Source: Callorhinchus milii
Lineage: Eukaryota
Assembly: GCF_018977255.1 (NCBI RefSeq)
Contig: NW_024704743.1
Span: forward strand, 43,960,001 to 44,024,000
Length of the DNA stretch: 64,000 nucleotides
Direction of reading: 5' to 3'
Below the pieces are notes generated by a model that saw only the letters and a list, made by a program, of their open reading frames with translations, ran no database searches and was not told where the DNA came from. A program made the translations under genes and the position numbers. Below, piece by piece: positions 13,291 to 26,433 of the stretch (the first letter of the stretch is position 1; each line of letters starts with the position of its first letter).

Positions 13291-14639
13291 ATAAAACCTC
13301 TAAGCCTACAGCCATGTGCTCAGACTTTTCCAATTTGATAAGCTCCAACAGCCTCATGCACTACTTCAGACAAGTGAAATACTCATTAATGTATCATCAT
13401 CACTGGCTGCTACTTCTTTATTAACACTAGTAAATGACATTCCTGACAATTACTCATTAGAAACGCCAGGCAATTGTGTCATATTTCTTTAAACAAACCT
13501 TGTCCCATTTCATTTCAGAGCAATGTTGATACCTTAGACGGCAAAATGAATTAAATTTTTCTTGTAATATTTTTTCAAAAAATTAAAGCGGTTGATTTTT
13601 CAGAATTCCTTAATTAAGAGATCTGGAAGTCTGTAATGACAACTCTCATGAACTCTGCGCCAACTCAATCTATTTTTGCTGTAGGGTTACCTCGAGTCAG
13701 AGTGATGTCTGTAATGTACTGCTAGTTGCTTGAAGATTTCCCCACTTGGATTTCTTAATTAAGACATACTTCAAACTTGACCACATATAATAGAATGTTA
13801 CATATCCCTGCTCCAACTATCCAAATGTTCAACAACTCAAGTCAAGCTGCAATGCCAAGAAGTCAATTGGGTATGTGTGCACTAGGTAATTTTAATGGAG
13901 CAGGATTGTGCAGCAGCAATGCAATCCAGGTAAATGGAGAGTTATAGAGAGACACCCACATACAGTTAAAAAGTCAACGCACACAAGCTAGAGAGGCAAG
14001 GACACAGATAGAGAAAGTACATATACACACACACACACACACACATACAAATACAGTATATGGTGACCCCTTATCTATACTGTTTTCGTTAAGGGGCTAG
14101 TTCCAATAATTGCAAATAAATGTTTTTTGAAAATGTATTATACAGTATGACAGTTACAAGCAGCAATTATTGATGTTAACTAAAGTATGCATTCTTATTA
14201 ATTGTTCATATAGACATGAGCAGAAACCATTTGTCAACTGAGATCAAGGTCAGTCCCAATCAACTAATCAATCAGGAGACAAAGTCAAAATAAACATGTT
14301 AGAGATTTCTTTCTCAAAACTACTGGGTCCTTGAAATTACAGGATTACAGGATAATCTTTTTATCAATGTCATTTAAGAATTATCCCAAATTTTGCATAT
14401 TACATTTTAAGACATTACTGGTTTTAATACAGCAGCAATAAAAAAAAGGATAATACAACTTTAATCCTGTCAAGAATATAATACAGGATTCCTTCAATTC
14501 TGAAGGAACACAGAGGAACATCATAAGTTTCATGGTTGTCACCGATTATTATGAGTGCTTATTATTTTTATCATTGTATTAACAATATGCCCCAAAGCAC
14601 AACACACAGTGCTGTGTGAAAATGTTGATGACACAGAGG

Positions 14640-15340
14640 TTTTCTCTATTAAACATAAAAGACGGACTGAGTTTTAGATTATGAAGGGTTTGCAAATTTA
14701 GAATGGGGAACATGTGTTTGCTATAAACAAAATTTAAGAACAAGAGGTATCTACAAAATATAAGGTAAATAAAAAGAATAGGAAAGGCAGGAGAATTGAT
14801 TTTAGTACAAGGCTCAAGAGTATGTGGAATGAGCTATCAGCACAGTTGGTAGAGCAAGAAAGTATTAGGGTTTTCAAAAAGAAATAGTCCAGTTCTTGTC
14901 AGGCTCCAATCTTTGGATGAGATGTTAAACAAAGATCGCATCTGTCTGCTCAGGCTAAAGATCCCAGGATACCATTTGAAAAGTTTCTCCCAGTGTCCTG
15001 GTCAACACTCCCCTGAATAAAGTTAATTTACTCACTTCATGTCTGTTTGTGGGACACTGTTCTGCGTATATTGGCTGCTGCATTCTCCTACAAAATATAC
15101 AGTCACAGTACTTTCATTATAACATGTGAAACATCCTCTTGACATGAAAGGTGCTATAGCAAATCCAAGGATTATTATTATTAACTAAAATGATTCAAAA
15201 CTGTTTGATTCAGAGATAAGAGATAAGCACATTGAAGGAAATGTGGGAAACTGGAAGGGTAGTTTAAAGGAGTGGATGGTATACTCTTAAGTGAAATTGT
15301 TAACTGAGGGGGTCTAAAAGCAAAGCGATTTCAAATGTGA
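14640..15340 (+). mobile_element. CR1 3' end interrupted by a Deu-domain SINE (about 14905-15182)
   Basis: CR1-like agaacaagaggt...gtggaatgagctatcagcacagttggtagag; then ggatgagatgttaaac...aagatcccagg Deu segment with tail; CR1-like 3' UTR resumes at about 15190. Confidence 0.7.
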
Positions 15341-15647
15341 TTCTTTACTTAAGGAATCAAAAGTACATTCCCATCAACTCTCAGGAACCTCTCTCCATCT
15401 AATGGGGGTTGGGTGAGGGTGACATGTAGGACAAATTGCAATGTTGGACAAATTTCCTTTCAGCAGAAGGAGTGCCCACTTAAATTACATAACTAAGGTA
15501 ATTACCGGGGTTTAGACCCCTATTACTTATTTTGTGAGGCTCTCAGCTGAAGGTATCTCCAGAAATCTCATTTAGTGTGAACAAATATATTAACTCATCT
15601 TCTCCCTGGTGTGCTATTAAACACTCTGAATTGCAGAAGATACAAAA

Positions 15648-16022
15648 CAATTACAACTAACATTTATATAGACCTTTCCACATCGGGTAAATGTCTCATA
15701 GGGCTTCACGCGGTTGACTGTGAATCTGAGCTGGGTAAGGGTGGGGGGTAATATGTGGAGGGATCGGGAAGGTGACTGAAAGCAGTCAAAAAGATAGATC
15801 TTACGGCAGGTTTTGAGGGTGGGAAGAGAAGGGGCAAGGCGAAGGGCTCTGGGAAGGAGTTCCAAAAGAGCAGGGGCAGCGTGTCTTAAACATCATCCCT
15901 GATCGTGGGGCGGATCAGCCAGGAACATTAAGCAAGCCAGTGTTTGCTGAGCGAAGGAAGCTGTGGGGACAGTAGGACCACAAGAGCTCATGGACATAGA
16001 GAGGGATTAGGCCATTGGAGGC
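15648..16022 (-). mobile_element. L2 LINE 3' end, decayed
   Basis: ORF 15617-15865 LAPSLPTLKTCRKIYLFD and catttatatag tail. Confidence 0.75.
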
Positions 16023-16240
16023 AAGCTATCTATTCTAAACAGTAGCCGCTCAAGACAATCTGTCGTCTTGGGCGAAACATCAGTACGCCATCCTCCTCCT
16101 ATCCCCTTAGAAGTAACATAGCATTAGCTTTAACTTAAGAGATATGAATTTACCTTAAAATGGCTACAGGCCACTGTAGGACATGGCCTGTAGCCATTTT
16201 AGGACACGACACTCGGCGTAGTCCCACTGCCCATCTCAAT

Positions 16241-16554
16241 TATAATAATAATAATCCTTGCTTTTGATATAGCGCCTTTCAAGTCTTCTAGACGTCCCAA
16301 AGCACTTCAAAGAATATACTGTAAAGTGAATTGACTGCATATGTGTGGGCGAACGCGGCAGCCAATTGCGCACAGCAATGTCCCACAAACAGTCATGGAT
16401 TGAAAATGACCAATTTATTATTGTTTTTTTTTGGAGGGATTATTATTAGGCGTGTGGAGTAAGGAAACTTGCCCAAGGTTTCGCTCTGCCTGGAATTGAA
16501 CTCGGGTCTCTCACTTGCAAAGCAAGTGCTCTAACCACTGAGCTACAGAACTCC
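16241..16554 (-). mobile_element. tRNA-derived SINE, short form, full length
   Basis: Reverse complement closely matches 49743-50063. Confidence 0.92.
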
Positions 16555-17477
16555 ATGTATGCTGGTCAATTATGCTGGTCAAGCATTAAAATAAAATGGA
16601 TTCTGCCAGAAATCTGCTGCCCTACACAGCTGGCCAGTTTTCCTGTAGATAAAGCGGCCTCTGGCTCTAAGTATTCATTGGTGAAAATTGTGCTGATCAG
16701 TTTCAACTTTGCAGCTGTATTCTTTTTGGACTTATGAAAACTCCTTTACCATTTTCAACAATTTTATATTTCGCAAAGGTAGGTAGCAGAGCACTAAGTG
16801 AATAAAGATAACATTAGCAGCTAATGGAAAACTTCAGTTGTGAAATCCAAAGATTTGCAATAGCGGTTCCACTGTTGAATTACAATGCAGAAATATTAGT
16901 AAATATTTATAAATTAATATTTACTCACATCAAAGTTTTTTATGGTGATAAAAGCATCTATCAGCTGCAATGGTCTTTGACAAAGAAAAAATCAGCTGAC
17001 GTTTAACGGCGAAATTGCAGGAATCAACAGATGGACAAGTTTCTGTTTGAGATTCCTATTGTTCCCACCTAATATCTAATTACATCATGGAAGAGAGGGT
17101 AAATGGAACTAGAAAGGACAGAAGACATCATTTATCTTGTCCATAGTGTCTCCCTGTTAAGCGATCCCGTGGATTAAGAGGTATGTTAAATATGAGCCAA
17201 TGGCTGCTGGTGAAATATTATTACCAAATTTTCCTTTCATGGAGTCCCCAGTACAGAGGCATGTCAAGTGGAAATTTCCATTGCTTAATTAAAACAATAT
17301 ATCATGAAGGTTCAAGATAATGGGGGTAAAATGATATCTATCTAACACTGTCAATGTGAAAAAAGAAAGTTTATAGCAGCGGTCAGCATTTACCAAGCAC
17401 TGGATTGCTTATCCACCAAACAATAATGAAGAGCTTACAAATTTATCTTGCTACAAAATTCAAAATTTGCTCAGTAA

Positions 17478-17836
17478 AATAATAATGTAATAATCCTTGC
17501 ATTTGATATAGCGCCTTATCCGGTCTTTAAGACGTCTCAAAGCGCTTCACAGAATATTCTGTAAAGTGAATTGACTATGTATTTTTGGGGAAAACAGGGC
17601 AGCCAATTGCGCACAGGAGTGTCCCACAAACAGTCATGGATTGAGTGACCAAATAATTATTATTATTAAGGAATTATTATCCCCAATCCATCAATCGATT
17701 TACAACTGGGTTTCTACTTACTGCTAGGTAAACAGAAGTGTGTGGAGTAACGAAAATTGCCCAACGTTTTGCCGTGCCGGGAATTGAACCCAGGTCTCAC
17801 TTGCAAGGTGATTGCTCTAGCCACCAAGCTACAGGA
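17478..17836 (-). mobile_element. tRNA-derived SINE, long form
   Basis: Contains the ttactgctaggtaaacag centre, head and tail in reverse orientation. Confidence 0.88.
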
Positions 17837-18361
17837 TATACAAAGGAAATGAAATTGCTATATCTAATACTCACAAGCTATCCTTACTTAATTCAGATTA
17901 TTGCCTCGCATTCAAATAAATGGAATTTTAATTGCACTTTAATCATAATTCTAAAGTCAAAAACTTACGGCTAGACTGTAATTAAAAAGCTCTCCAATTT
18001 AAAAATGCTGAACTTTCAGAAGTACAACTGTGAAAGATGATGGTAAACACTGAGATTACACATGTGAAAATATAGATCAGAAGATGTGAGAATCCAAAAT
18101 ACCCACATTGCTGTTGCTGTTGTAAAAGTGTCACTACACGTAACACAAAACTTAATGTAAATGTTCAGTTTAAAATAGATAACAGTAATAAACCTTACAT
18201 TTGATATAGCGCCTTCATGTCAAGAGGATTCACAGGATTTCCTGTGAAGTGTATTTTTTGAGATCCATGCCACCTTATTCAATCACAGATAGCTTGAACA
18301 TGCCTTTACTATTATAATTCATGTAAGAATTACCATTTCTGACAATCTGAATTTCACTCAC

Positions 18362-18429
18362 CTGAAGTCTGAGCTTTCTCACATTCTCAGGCTTAAGACA
18401 ATCGCCATCAAATATACGCTTTTTCAGAA
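18362..18429 (-). CDS. Candidate 68-nt coding exon (phase 1 to 0): (V)LKKRIFDGDCLKPENVRKLRLQ; product unknown
   Basis: Minus strand tttgattttctgcag|...CAG|gtgagt: consensus acceptor and donor with an open frame compatible with the ATGGCAG| exon at 24587-24593; no homology recognised. Confidence 0.3.
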
Positions 18430-18815
18430 CTGCAGAAAATCAAACTGAAACTAACTCTTTTTTTCTGCACGGTCTTAAATATTAATATAATGATCTTAAA
18501 CTGAAGAACATGAAGAATGTGTAGGCCAAGGTTTCCGACCCATTAAAGCAGCTGTGGCCTGAAATTCTGCTCCTCAACACTATAGCTTAACAACTTCTTT
18601 AAAATATAGAAAACAAGCTTCCAAATTAAGACTTTTCAAATGTACCACACAATCATAAATTTAAAGACAGTGGCCTGAAGGATTTGGGGCTTTATATTTT
18701 TGTATGATCATATTCTCACTATATATACTTCCTAATGATAATACATAATTTACACTTTTGTTAGAAAAACAATATCTACCTCAAAACAACTTTTGTTGAC
18801 TTCACACTAATGCAA

Positions 18816-19200
18816 AATAATAATCATTGCATTTGATATAGCACCTTATCGTGTCATCAAGATGTTTGAAAGAGCTTCACAGGATTTTATGGTAAACTGC
18901 TGTGACTGTGCATTTTCTAGAAAAATCTGGCAACCAATTTGTGTATCACAATGTCCCAGAAACAGACAGATATGAAGCAAATGACCAATTTTATCAAGAA
19001 AATTAATGGCCAGGACACCAGGAGAAACTCCCTTCTCTTTTTGAATAGTGCCATGGGATGTTTAACATCCATCTGAACAGGCAGACAGGATCTCGATTTA
19101 ACATCTCATCCACAAGAAAGCATCCCCGATAATGAAGCGTGCCAGCTTGGACTGCGGACTCAATGTCCTGATGTGGGACTCGAACCCACAATCTTCTGAC
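18816..19200 (-). mobile_element. Deu-domain SINE, near full length
   Basis: ggccaggacaccaggagaaactccc...gtgccatgggatgtttaacatccatctgaacaggcagac...ttaacatctcatcc...gggactcgaacccac (B box). Confidence 0.82.
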
Positions 19201-19274
19201 AAGTTGAAAATTCTTTCATTTCTCAAGCACTCTGAGATGCTACCTGAGGTGAAGGATTCTATATAAATTCAAGT

Positions 19275-20522
19275 CTCCCTTCACTCTCTACTCGAGCCCT
19301 TCCAGTCTGGGTTTTGTGCTGCTCACAGCACCAAGACAGCACTTGTCAAAGTCACAAATGAATGTCTTCTGTTTCTGTGACCAGGGTTCCCTCCATCTCC
19401 TTGTCCTCCTGGATCTCTCCACCGCTCCGAAATAGTCGATCATGAAATCCTCCTCCACCGCCTCTCCTCCCTCATGATAACTTTGTCTCCGCAAATGTGT
19501 CACTTTCCGCCCCACCCCCAAATGGTCACTTGGGGCATACTTTACAGTTTTATCCTCGACTCGCCCTTTTTCCTCATTTACATGCTCCCTCTCAGTGATG
19601 TCATGCCCCGAATGGGGTCAACTTCCACAGGTAATCAGACGACACCCAAATCTACTTTTCCTCCTCAAGCCACAACCCCAGGTCCACCAATGTACTGTCC
19701 TCTTGCTTGTCAAGCATCAAGGCTTGAATGAGTGCCAGCATTCTGCAGCTGAATGTTGACAAGATGGAAGCCAACTTGTTGCCTCTGGTCAACGCCTTCT
19801 CACCCGCGGCTCTGACCTCCCGGCCTATCCCTAAGACTTACCGAACCTGTGCACAAACTAGCTGTCAGGTTTGATCCCACATCCGGTCCCTGAATAGGAT
19901 TGCTTTCCTCCACCTCCAGCAAGTTATCTTCCTCTGACCGTACCTCACTCCCAACATGGCAGAAACCCTCATTCACACATTTGTCATCTCCCACCTTGAT
20001 TTTTCCAATGCCCTCCTTGCCATTCTTCCCAGCTCCACCACCCACAAAATCAAACTGATGCAAAACTCTGCTGAAAATATTCTTACCCATACCAAACTCT
20101 GCACCTCCATCACTTCAGTTCTTACCAGGCTCCACTGGCTTCCTATTGCAGAATGATCAACTTTAAGTTTTTCATACTTACCTACCAATCAATTCATGCC
20201 ATAGCACCTCCCTATCTCTCTGACCTGCTTACACCCACCCCTCTACCAGCCTCTTTGCTCAGCTGGCTCCGGCATTCTTCCGCTCCATCATCTGTAGCCA
20301 TGCTTTCAGTCACTAAGCCCTGAAACTCTGGAACTCTTTGCCTAACCCCCTCCTCCTTGGCCCCTCCTTGTCCATCTTCATTTAAAGATCTGCCTCTTTG
20401 GCTGTGCCTTTGGTCATCTCTCCTCTCTCCCCAGCTCAGTGTCAAGCTTTGCCCCTGTTTAAGTGCTCTGAGACACGACCATGCATGAAAGGCACTATAC
20501 ACTGTAAATGCAAGTTGTTGTT
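19275..20522 (+). mobile_element. L2 LINE RT to 3' end, decayed
   Basis: Degenerate QSGF..HST.TAL start; ORF 19956-20156 AETLIHTFVISHLDFSNALLA...LHWLPI; ends aaatgcaag(ttg)n. Confidence 0.88.
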
Positions 20523-21227
20523 CTTCTTTTGTGCCTTCTTTTGTGGCACCAGTTTACAGCACTCCCAAAGAACATAGCAGAGATCAAAGTATAATTGTAT
20601 AAGGCAATGACGTCATGGTTATTAGCAATCCCTCATACAGTTGAACGAACAACATAAAACAAAAATATGATACTGCTGCATATTCAAATGATTGCAAACT
20701 ATTTGTTCTTTCCATCACTTCGTAACTACAATGCTAAACTAATCTCTCTGAAACCAAAGGAAACTAAACAGTCCTTTATACTAAAATAAATTTCAATCCA
20801 ATCATTTGGTTTCAGCATTTGTGAATTCCTTCAAAGATTTTGCCATTTTCTCTTTGGGGGTCAACTTTTCAAAAGGTAATGTGCCAAAAATGTACAGCCT
20901 GCTTTCATTTATGCTGTGAGCTTGGACAAAATCTATTATCATTTAAAGAATGACAACAAGGATGATTAAAATACAGCATTGTATAGATCACATGAACTTC
21001 CCTCAAAGAATGATTCATCTCATCTAATCCACTACTGATCTTCAATAACTCACTGAAGCTGCCTGAAAAAAGTGCATTTCTTAAACTGCTTCTTCCTTGT
21101 CACTGCCACATTTCAAATATCCTGTTATGAGAATAGAGGCATTCAGAAAACACAGCACACACTTGTCACAAGCCCACTTATGGTGCCGATGGGAGCTTCT
21201 GCAAACCTGGAACTCAGTCTGAATACA

Positions 21228-21922
21228 ATACAAATTACATTTGTACAGCGCCTTTCACATCGGGAGGACATCCCAAGGTGCTAGACAGTCAGGAATTTGA
21301 CCCAAGCTGGAGATTGGGAGCGGGGAGTTTTGAGGGCAGGGAGGGTAGGAGAGTGGCTGAAAGCTCGGTTGAAGAGGAGGGTTTTGAGATGTGCCTTGAA
21401 GGAAGCAAGGAAGGGAGTGAGCCGAAGGGAATGTGGGATGTAGTTCCATAGGGTGGGAGCAGAGAGGCTGAAGGCCTGACTACGGATGGTGGAGTGGGCC
21501 GGGGGAATTGGAGCAGGCCACAGCCTGTTGAGGGAAGGGAGCAGACAGGTTGATATGGGGTCAGGTGGTCGCAGAGGTAGGGAGGGGCAAGACCATGGAA
21601 GGCCATGAAGGCAAGGACGAGGATTTTGAACTCTATCCTCTGGGTAATGGAGTGCCAATGGAGCCGGGTGAGGATGGGGGTTATAGGGCCACGGAGCCTG
21701 GTGCGGGAGAGGACACATGCTACAGAGTTCTGGATGATCTGCAGCCTGTGGAGGGAAGAGTTGGGAAGGCCGACAAGCAGGGAGTTGGCGTAGTCGAGCC
21801 TAGATGTAATGAATGCATGGATGAGGGTTTTGGCGGTCTGAGCGGTGAGACAGTGGTGGAGCCGGGCAATGTTGCAGAGTTGAAGGAAGGTAGAGCGAGT
21901 CATGGCACGGATGTGAGGTAGC
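21228..21922 (-). mobile_element. L2 LINE 3' part
   Basis: ORF 21289-21927 LIHAFITSRLDYANSLLVGLP...LHW..ITQRIEFKILVL. Confidence 0.92.
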
Positions 21923-23404
21923 ATCATAGGTACATGATTATAAGCTCAGACTCTTGTTATAACATAAGGGTGAATACTGAAACCCTCTAACGAAAAATCT
22001 AACAAATATACGAAAGCCTACATACAGTGTACCAACAGCACAGATTCCTGAAAGAAATTAATTGGGGATCCTAAGAATATAGGTCAAGAATTTAAATTTT
22101 TAGTACATTCATATATTTGTCTAACAGAAGCTCAGGTTAATTAGCAATAATATATTTCTAACATTTACAAAATCAGCATTAATATCCACAAGACCACCCC
22201 CTCCCCCACACAGTGTTACCCTAAAACTAGACTCTCTATTGTATTCCCTGCACTTGTTTCCACACCATTACATCTCACTAAGCTGTATTCTCTCATCTCC
22301 TTTCAGTACCAGAGATTCTTCCTTACGAGATTTATACTAAACCATTCACTTCAGTAAATTCTGCAGTTTATTCAGTACCAGAGAGCACTGCCATCAGCTC
22401 TATTCACATTCCCAAAGGATTATTATTATTATTATGCTTACAATCTTGTAAAGCAATGATTTGACTTAAACAGCAAATTTTGCCAAAATCTGTGCCTAAT
22501 TCGCTGTGATTTCATAGAATCTCCATGAAGCAGTGCCAGTTCCACCTGAATAATTGAGTTTTCATGAGGTACTCAGCTAACATTGGAGAAGCAAGATCAA
22601 ACTTCTAAAGTATCACTTATTGATATGTTGAATGAAAGTAAACCTCACTGACTCTCTTGTTACAAATCCTAAGACTGTCCTACAAAACTAGTAGGTCATT
22701 CTGATTTCCAGCTTCCACTTTTATAGAATTTGGATTTTTTCAAAATAATTAGTAACCAAAACTTTGCATTTTCCCAACTGGATTCTGCAAAGTCAAAATT
22801 TAAATCATCAAAAACATTTTAACCATTCATAACAAATCCTAAATCCTCAGCCTTATCTCTAATAAACATGAAGGTTTCCAGCCTCAGCTCACATATACAG
22901 AAGCTTAAATTCTGATAAATAACAGCTTGGAGCTGTTGTCCCAAGTTCCTGCACCATAAAACTTTTGAATAAACTTACATTATTGTTGTAAATTATAATT
23001 ACCAAAGAAAACAATGAAAGCATTTCCATGTTTGGACTTCATCCAAATATAGTAACAGGTTAAATCAATCCCAAAGCAAAACTGTTAAGCAAAAGTGTTT
23101 GAAACTGCAGAAGAGGATCAGGAGTTGAATGGCCCAAATCGGAATAAATCAGTGCTAGAAACATAAGCAGTGATATATATATAGGAGTCAACTGGAATAT
23201 ATCTTTTTTTTCAAATTCAAAGTCGCAATGCAAACATCTGCAAATGGATAACTGGGACCCAGAAGGTTCAGTGGTAATTACAAACAACTTCAGGTTCCCC
23301 AGTTGTGCCATCTGGAACTCTTGACCATGTTACTGTGCTGACCTCCCCCCAGACCGCGTGTAACTGGCTCACGGTAAAGCTCGACACGTTGACAGGTACC
23401 CAAC

Positions 23405-24190
23405 CCACCAGCCAGGACCCCCACCAGCAGCCAGGACCCCCACCAGCAGCCAGGACCCCCACCAGCAGCCCGGACCCCCACCAGCAGCCCGGACCCCCAC
23501 CAGCAGCCAGGACCCCCACCAGCAGCCAGGACCCCCACCAGCGGCCAGGACCTCCACCACCAGCCCGGACCCCCACCAGCAGCCAGCACCCCCACCACCA
23601 GCCCGGACCCCCACCAGCAGCCAGCACCCCCACCACCAGCCAGGACCCCCACCAGCAGCCCGGACCCCCACCAGCAGCCCGGACCCCCACCACCAGCCCG
23701 GACCCCCACCAGCAGCCAGCACCCCCACCACCAGCCAGGACCCCCACCAGCAGCCAGGACCCCCACCAGCAGCCAGGACCCCCACCACCAGCCCGGACCC
23801 CCACCAGCAGCCCGGACCCCCACCAGCAGCCAGCACCCCCACCACCCCCCACCACCAGCCCGGACCCCCACCACCAGCCCGGACCCCCACCAGCAGCCAG
23901 CACCCCCACCACCAGCCCGGACCCCCACCAGCAGCCAGGACCCCCACCAGCAGCCAGGACCCCACCACCAGCCCGGACCCCCACCAGCAGCCAGGACCCC
24001 CACCAGCAGCCAGGACCCCCACCAGCAGCCCGGACCCCCACCAGCAGCCCGGACCCCCACCAGCAGCCCGGACCCCCACCAGCAGCCCGGACCCCCACCA
24101 CCAGCCCGGACCCCCACCACCAGCCCGGACCCCCACCACCAGCCCGGACCCCCACCACCAGCCAGGACCCCCACCAGCAGCCAGGACACC
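23405..24190. repeat. GC-rich minisatellite, 19-bp unit CCCCCACCA(G/C)CAGCC(A/C)G(G/C)A, about 41 copies
   Basis: Directly visible; the 19-aa periodicity (3x19 nt) of ORF 23305-24294 confirms the unit length. Confidence 0.95.
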
Positions 24191-24377
24191 AGCTGGGGAG
24201 GGGGGGGGGGTGGGGAGGGGGGGGGTGGGGGGGAATAACCAATTACGATTACCCACTTCAGCCCAGAAAGTTGGTGACCCCCTGTGACTCTTGAGAAATA
24301 AAACCTTTTTTTTTCCCCCCAACGAAAATTCTCGATGAACCTTTGCAAATGAAAGGCACTGACTGTAGAGGCAATGG

Positions 24378-24411
24378 GTTAGTTAGTTAGTTAGTTAGTC
24401 AGTCAGTCAGT
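24378..24411. repeat. (TTAG)n(TCAG)n compound microsatellite
   Basis: Directly visible. Confidence 0.85.
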
Positions 24412-24586
24412 CCAGGATCCGTGTCCTGTGCCCATCAGCACAGCAAAGTGCAGGCAGTGGGTGGGTGGCTGCAGTGTCTCTCCAGCAAACCACCAGCAGC
24501 GGCTCTGAACAGCCACAGAAACCTCCCCACAGAGAGAGGTGTTTTGCTGAACTCCAACCCCACAGCTCACGGCACGAGGCACTGAC

Positions 24587-24593
24587 CTGCCAT
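24587..24593 (-). CDS. Candidate initiating coding segment ATG GCA G| (M-A-) of a first exon spanning about 24587-24700
   Basis: Minus strand gacccgggATGGCAG|gtcagt: strong Kozak context followed directly by a good donor, in a CpG-rich segment. Confidence 0.4.
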
Positions 24594-24709
24594 CCCGGGT
24601 CCCGCAGCCCAGCGCGCGCCACTTGTCCGAGGAGACGGTGGGCGAGAGAGATGAGATGGGAAAAGCTCCTCAACGTGGCCGAGGAGCAGAGCGAGAGCAG
24701 CTCTCAGTG

Positions 24710-25996
24710 AGGGTCTGTGTGAGTGAGGGTCTGTCTGTGTGAGCGTGTGTGTGAGTGTCTGTGAGTCTGTGTGTGTGTGTCTGTGAGTGAGTGTCTGTGT
24801 GAGTGACTGTGAGTGAGTGTCTGTGTGAGTGTGTGTGTGAGTGTCTGTGAGTCTGTGTGTGTGTGTCTGTGAGTGAGTGTCTGTGTGAGTGACTGTGAGT
24901 GAGTGTCTGTGTGAGTGTGTGTGTGAGTGTCTGTGAGTCTGTGTGTGTGTGTCTGTGAGTGAGTGTCTGTGTGAGTGACTGTGAGTGAGTGTCTGTGTGA
25001 GTGACTGTGAGTGAGTGTCTGTGTGAGTGTGTGTGTGAGTGTCTGTGTGAGTGTGTGTGAGTGTCTGTGAGTCTGTGGTGTGTCTGTGAGTGAGTGTCTG
25101 TGTGAGTGACTGTGAGTGAGGGTCTGTGTGAGTGTCTGTGAGTCTCTGTGTGTGTGTCTGTGAGTGAGTGTCTGTGTGAGTGACTGTGAGTGAGTGTCTG
25201 TGTGAGTGTGTGTGTGAGTGTCTGTGTGAGCGTGTGTGTGAGTGTCTGTGAGTCTGTGTGTGTGTCTGTGAGTGAGTGTCTGTGTGAGTGACTGTGAGTG
25301 AGTGAGTGTCTGTGAGTGTGTCTGTGAGTGTCTGTGTGAGTGTGTGTGTGAGTGACTGAGTGAGTGTCTGTGAGTGAGTGTCTGTGTGTGTGAGTGACTG
25401 AGTGAGTGTGTGTGTGTCTGTGAGTGTCTGTGTGAGTGGGTGTGAGTGACTGTGAGTGAGTGTCTGACTGAGTGTCTGTGTGAGTGAATGAGTGTCTATG
25501 AGTGAGTGTCTGTGTGAGTGTCTATGAGTGAGTGTCTATGTGTGTGAGTGTCTATGAGTGAGTGTCTGTGTGTGAGTGTCTATGTGTGTGAGTGTCTGTG
25601 TGTGTGTGTGAGGGTCTGTGTGTGTGTGAGTGTCTGTGTGTGTGAGGGTCTGTGTGTGTGTGTGAGGGTCTGTGTGTGTGAGTGTCTGTGTGTGTGTGAG
25701 TGTCTGTGTGAGTGTCTATGTGAGTGCGTGTGTGTGAGTGTCTGTGAGTGTCTGTGTGAGTGAGTGTCTGTCTGTGTGTGTCTGTGTGTGTGAGTGTCTG
25801 TGTGTGTGAGTGTCTGTCTGTGTGTGTGAGTGTCTATGTGAGTGAGTGTCTGTCTGTGTGTGTGAGTGTCTGTGTGTGTGAGTGTCTGTGTGTGTGAGTG
25901 TCTGTGTGTGTGAGTGTCTGTCTGTGTGTGTGAGTGTCTATGTGTGTGAGTGTCTGTCTGTGTGTGTGAGGGTCTGTGTGTGTGAGTGTCTGTGTG
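24710..25996. repeat. Complex TG-rich microsatellite array (GTGAGTGTCT/GT variants), about 1.3 kb
   Basis: Directly visible, with higher-order repetition in 24740-25000. Confidence 0.95.
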
Positions 25997-26091
25997 AATT
26001 GATTGCTGTGGGTGTATGGGATGGCTGGTGTTCACACAGACGCTGAGAGAGAGCAACGGGCAGCCCAGGAGCGGCACTCAGGCTCCCAGAG

Positions 26092-26282
26092 CTGCCTGCC
26101 CTACCCTGCCCAGCCCTGCCCTGCCTGCCCTGCCCTGCCCGCCCTGCCCTGCCCTGCCCAGCCCTGCCCAGCCCAGCCCTGCCTGCCCAGCCCTGCCCAG
26201 CCCTGCCTGCCCTGCCCAGCCCTGCCTGCCCAGCCCTGCCCAGCCTGCCCTGCCCTGCCCTGCCCAGCCTGCCCTGCCCTGC
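26092..26282. repeat. Pentamer array (CCCTG/CCCAG/CCTG)n
   Basis: Directly visible; followed by (CT)n at about 26292-26316. Confidence 0.92.
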
Positions 26283-26401
26283 AGCAACCACCTCTCTCTC
26301 TCTCTCTCTCTCTCTCCCCTTTGCCCATCTCCCTCCCTTGCAAATTGGCTGCAGCGGCCAAAGCGCAGCAACAGCAAACCCGAGGCTCTGCTCCCCAACC
26401 C

Positions 26402-26433
<32 letters not shown>

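Noticed and set aside
23405..24190. CRISPR-like array
   Set aside because: Units are directly abutting with no unique spacers, there are no cas genes, and the context is vertebrate
23268..24348. Four ORFs of 317-352 aa (Pro-rich or Gly/Trp-rich)
   Set aside because: Produced by the stop-free 19-bp minisatellite; open on both strands, with no non-repeat coding context
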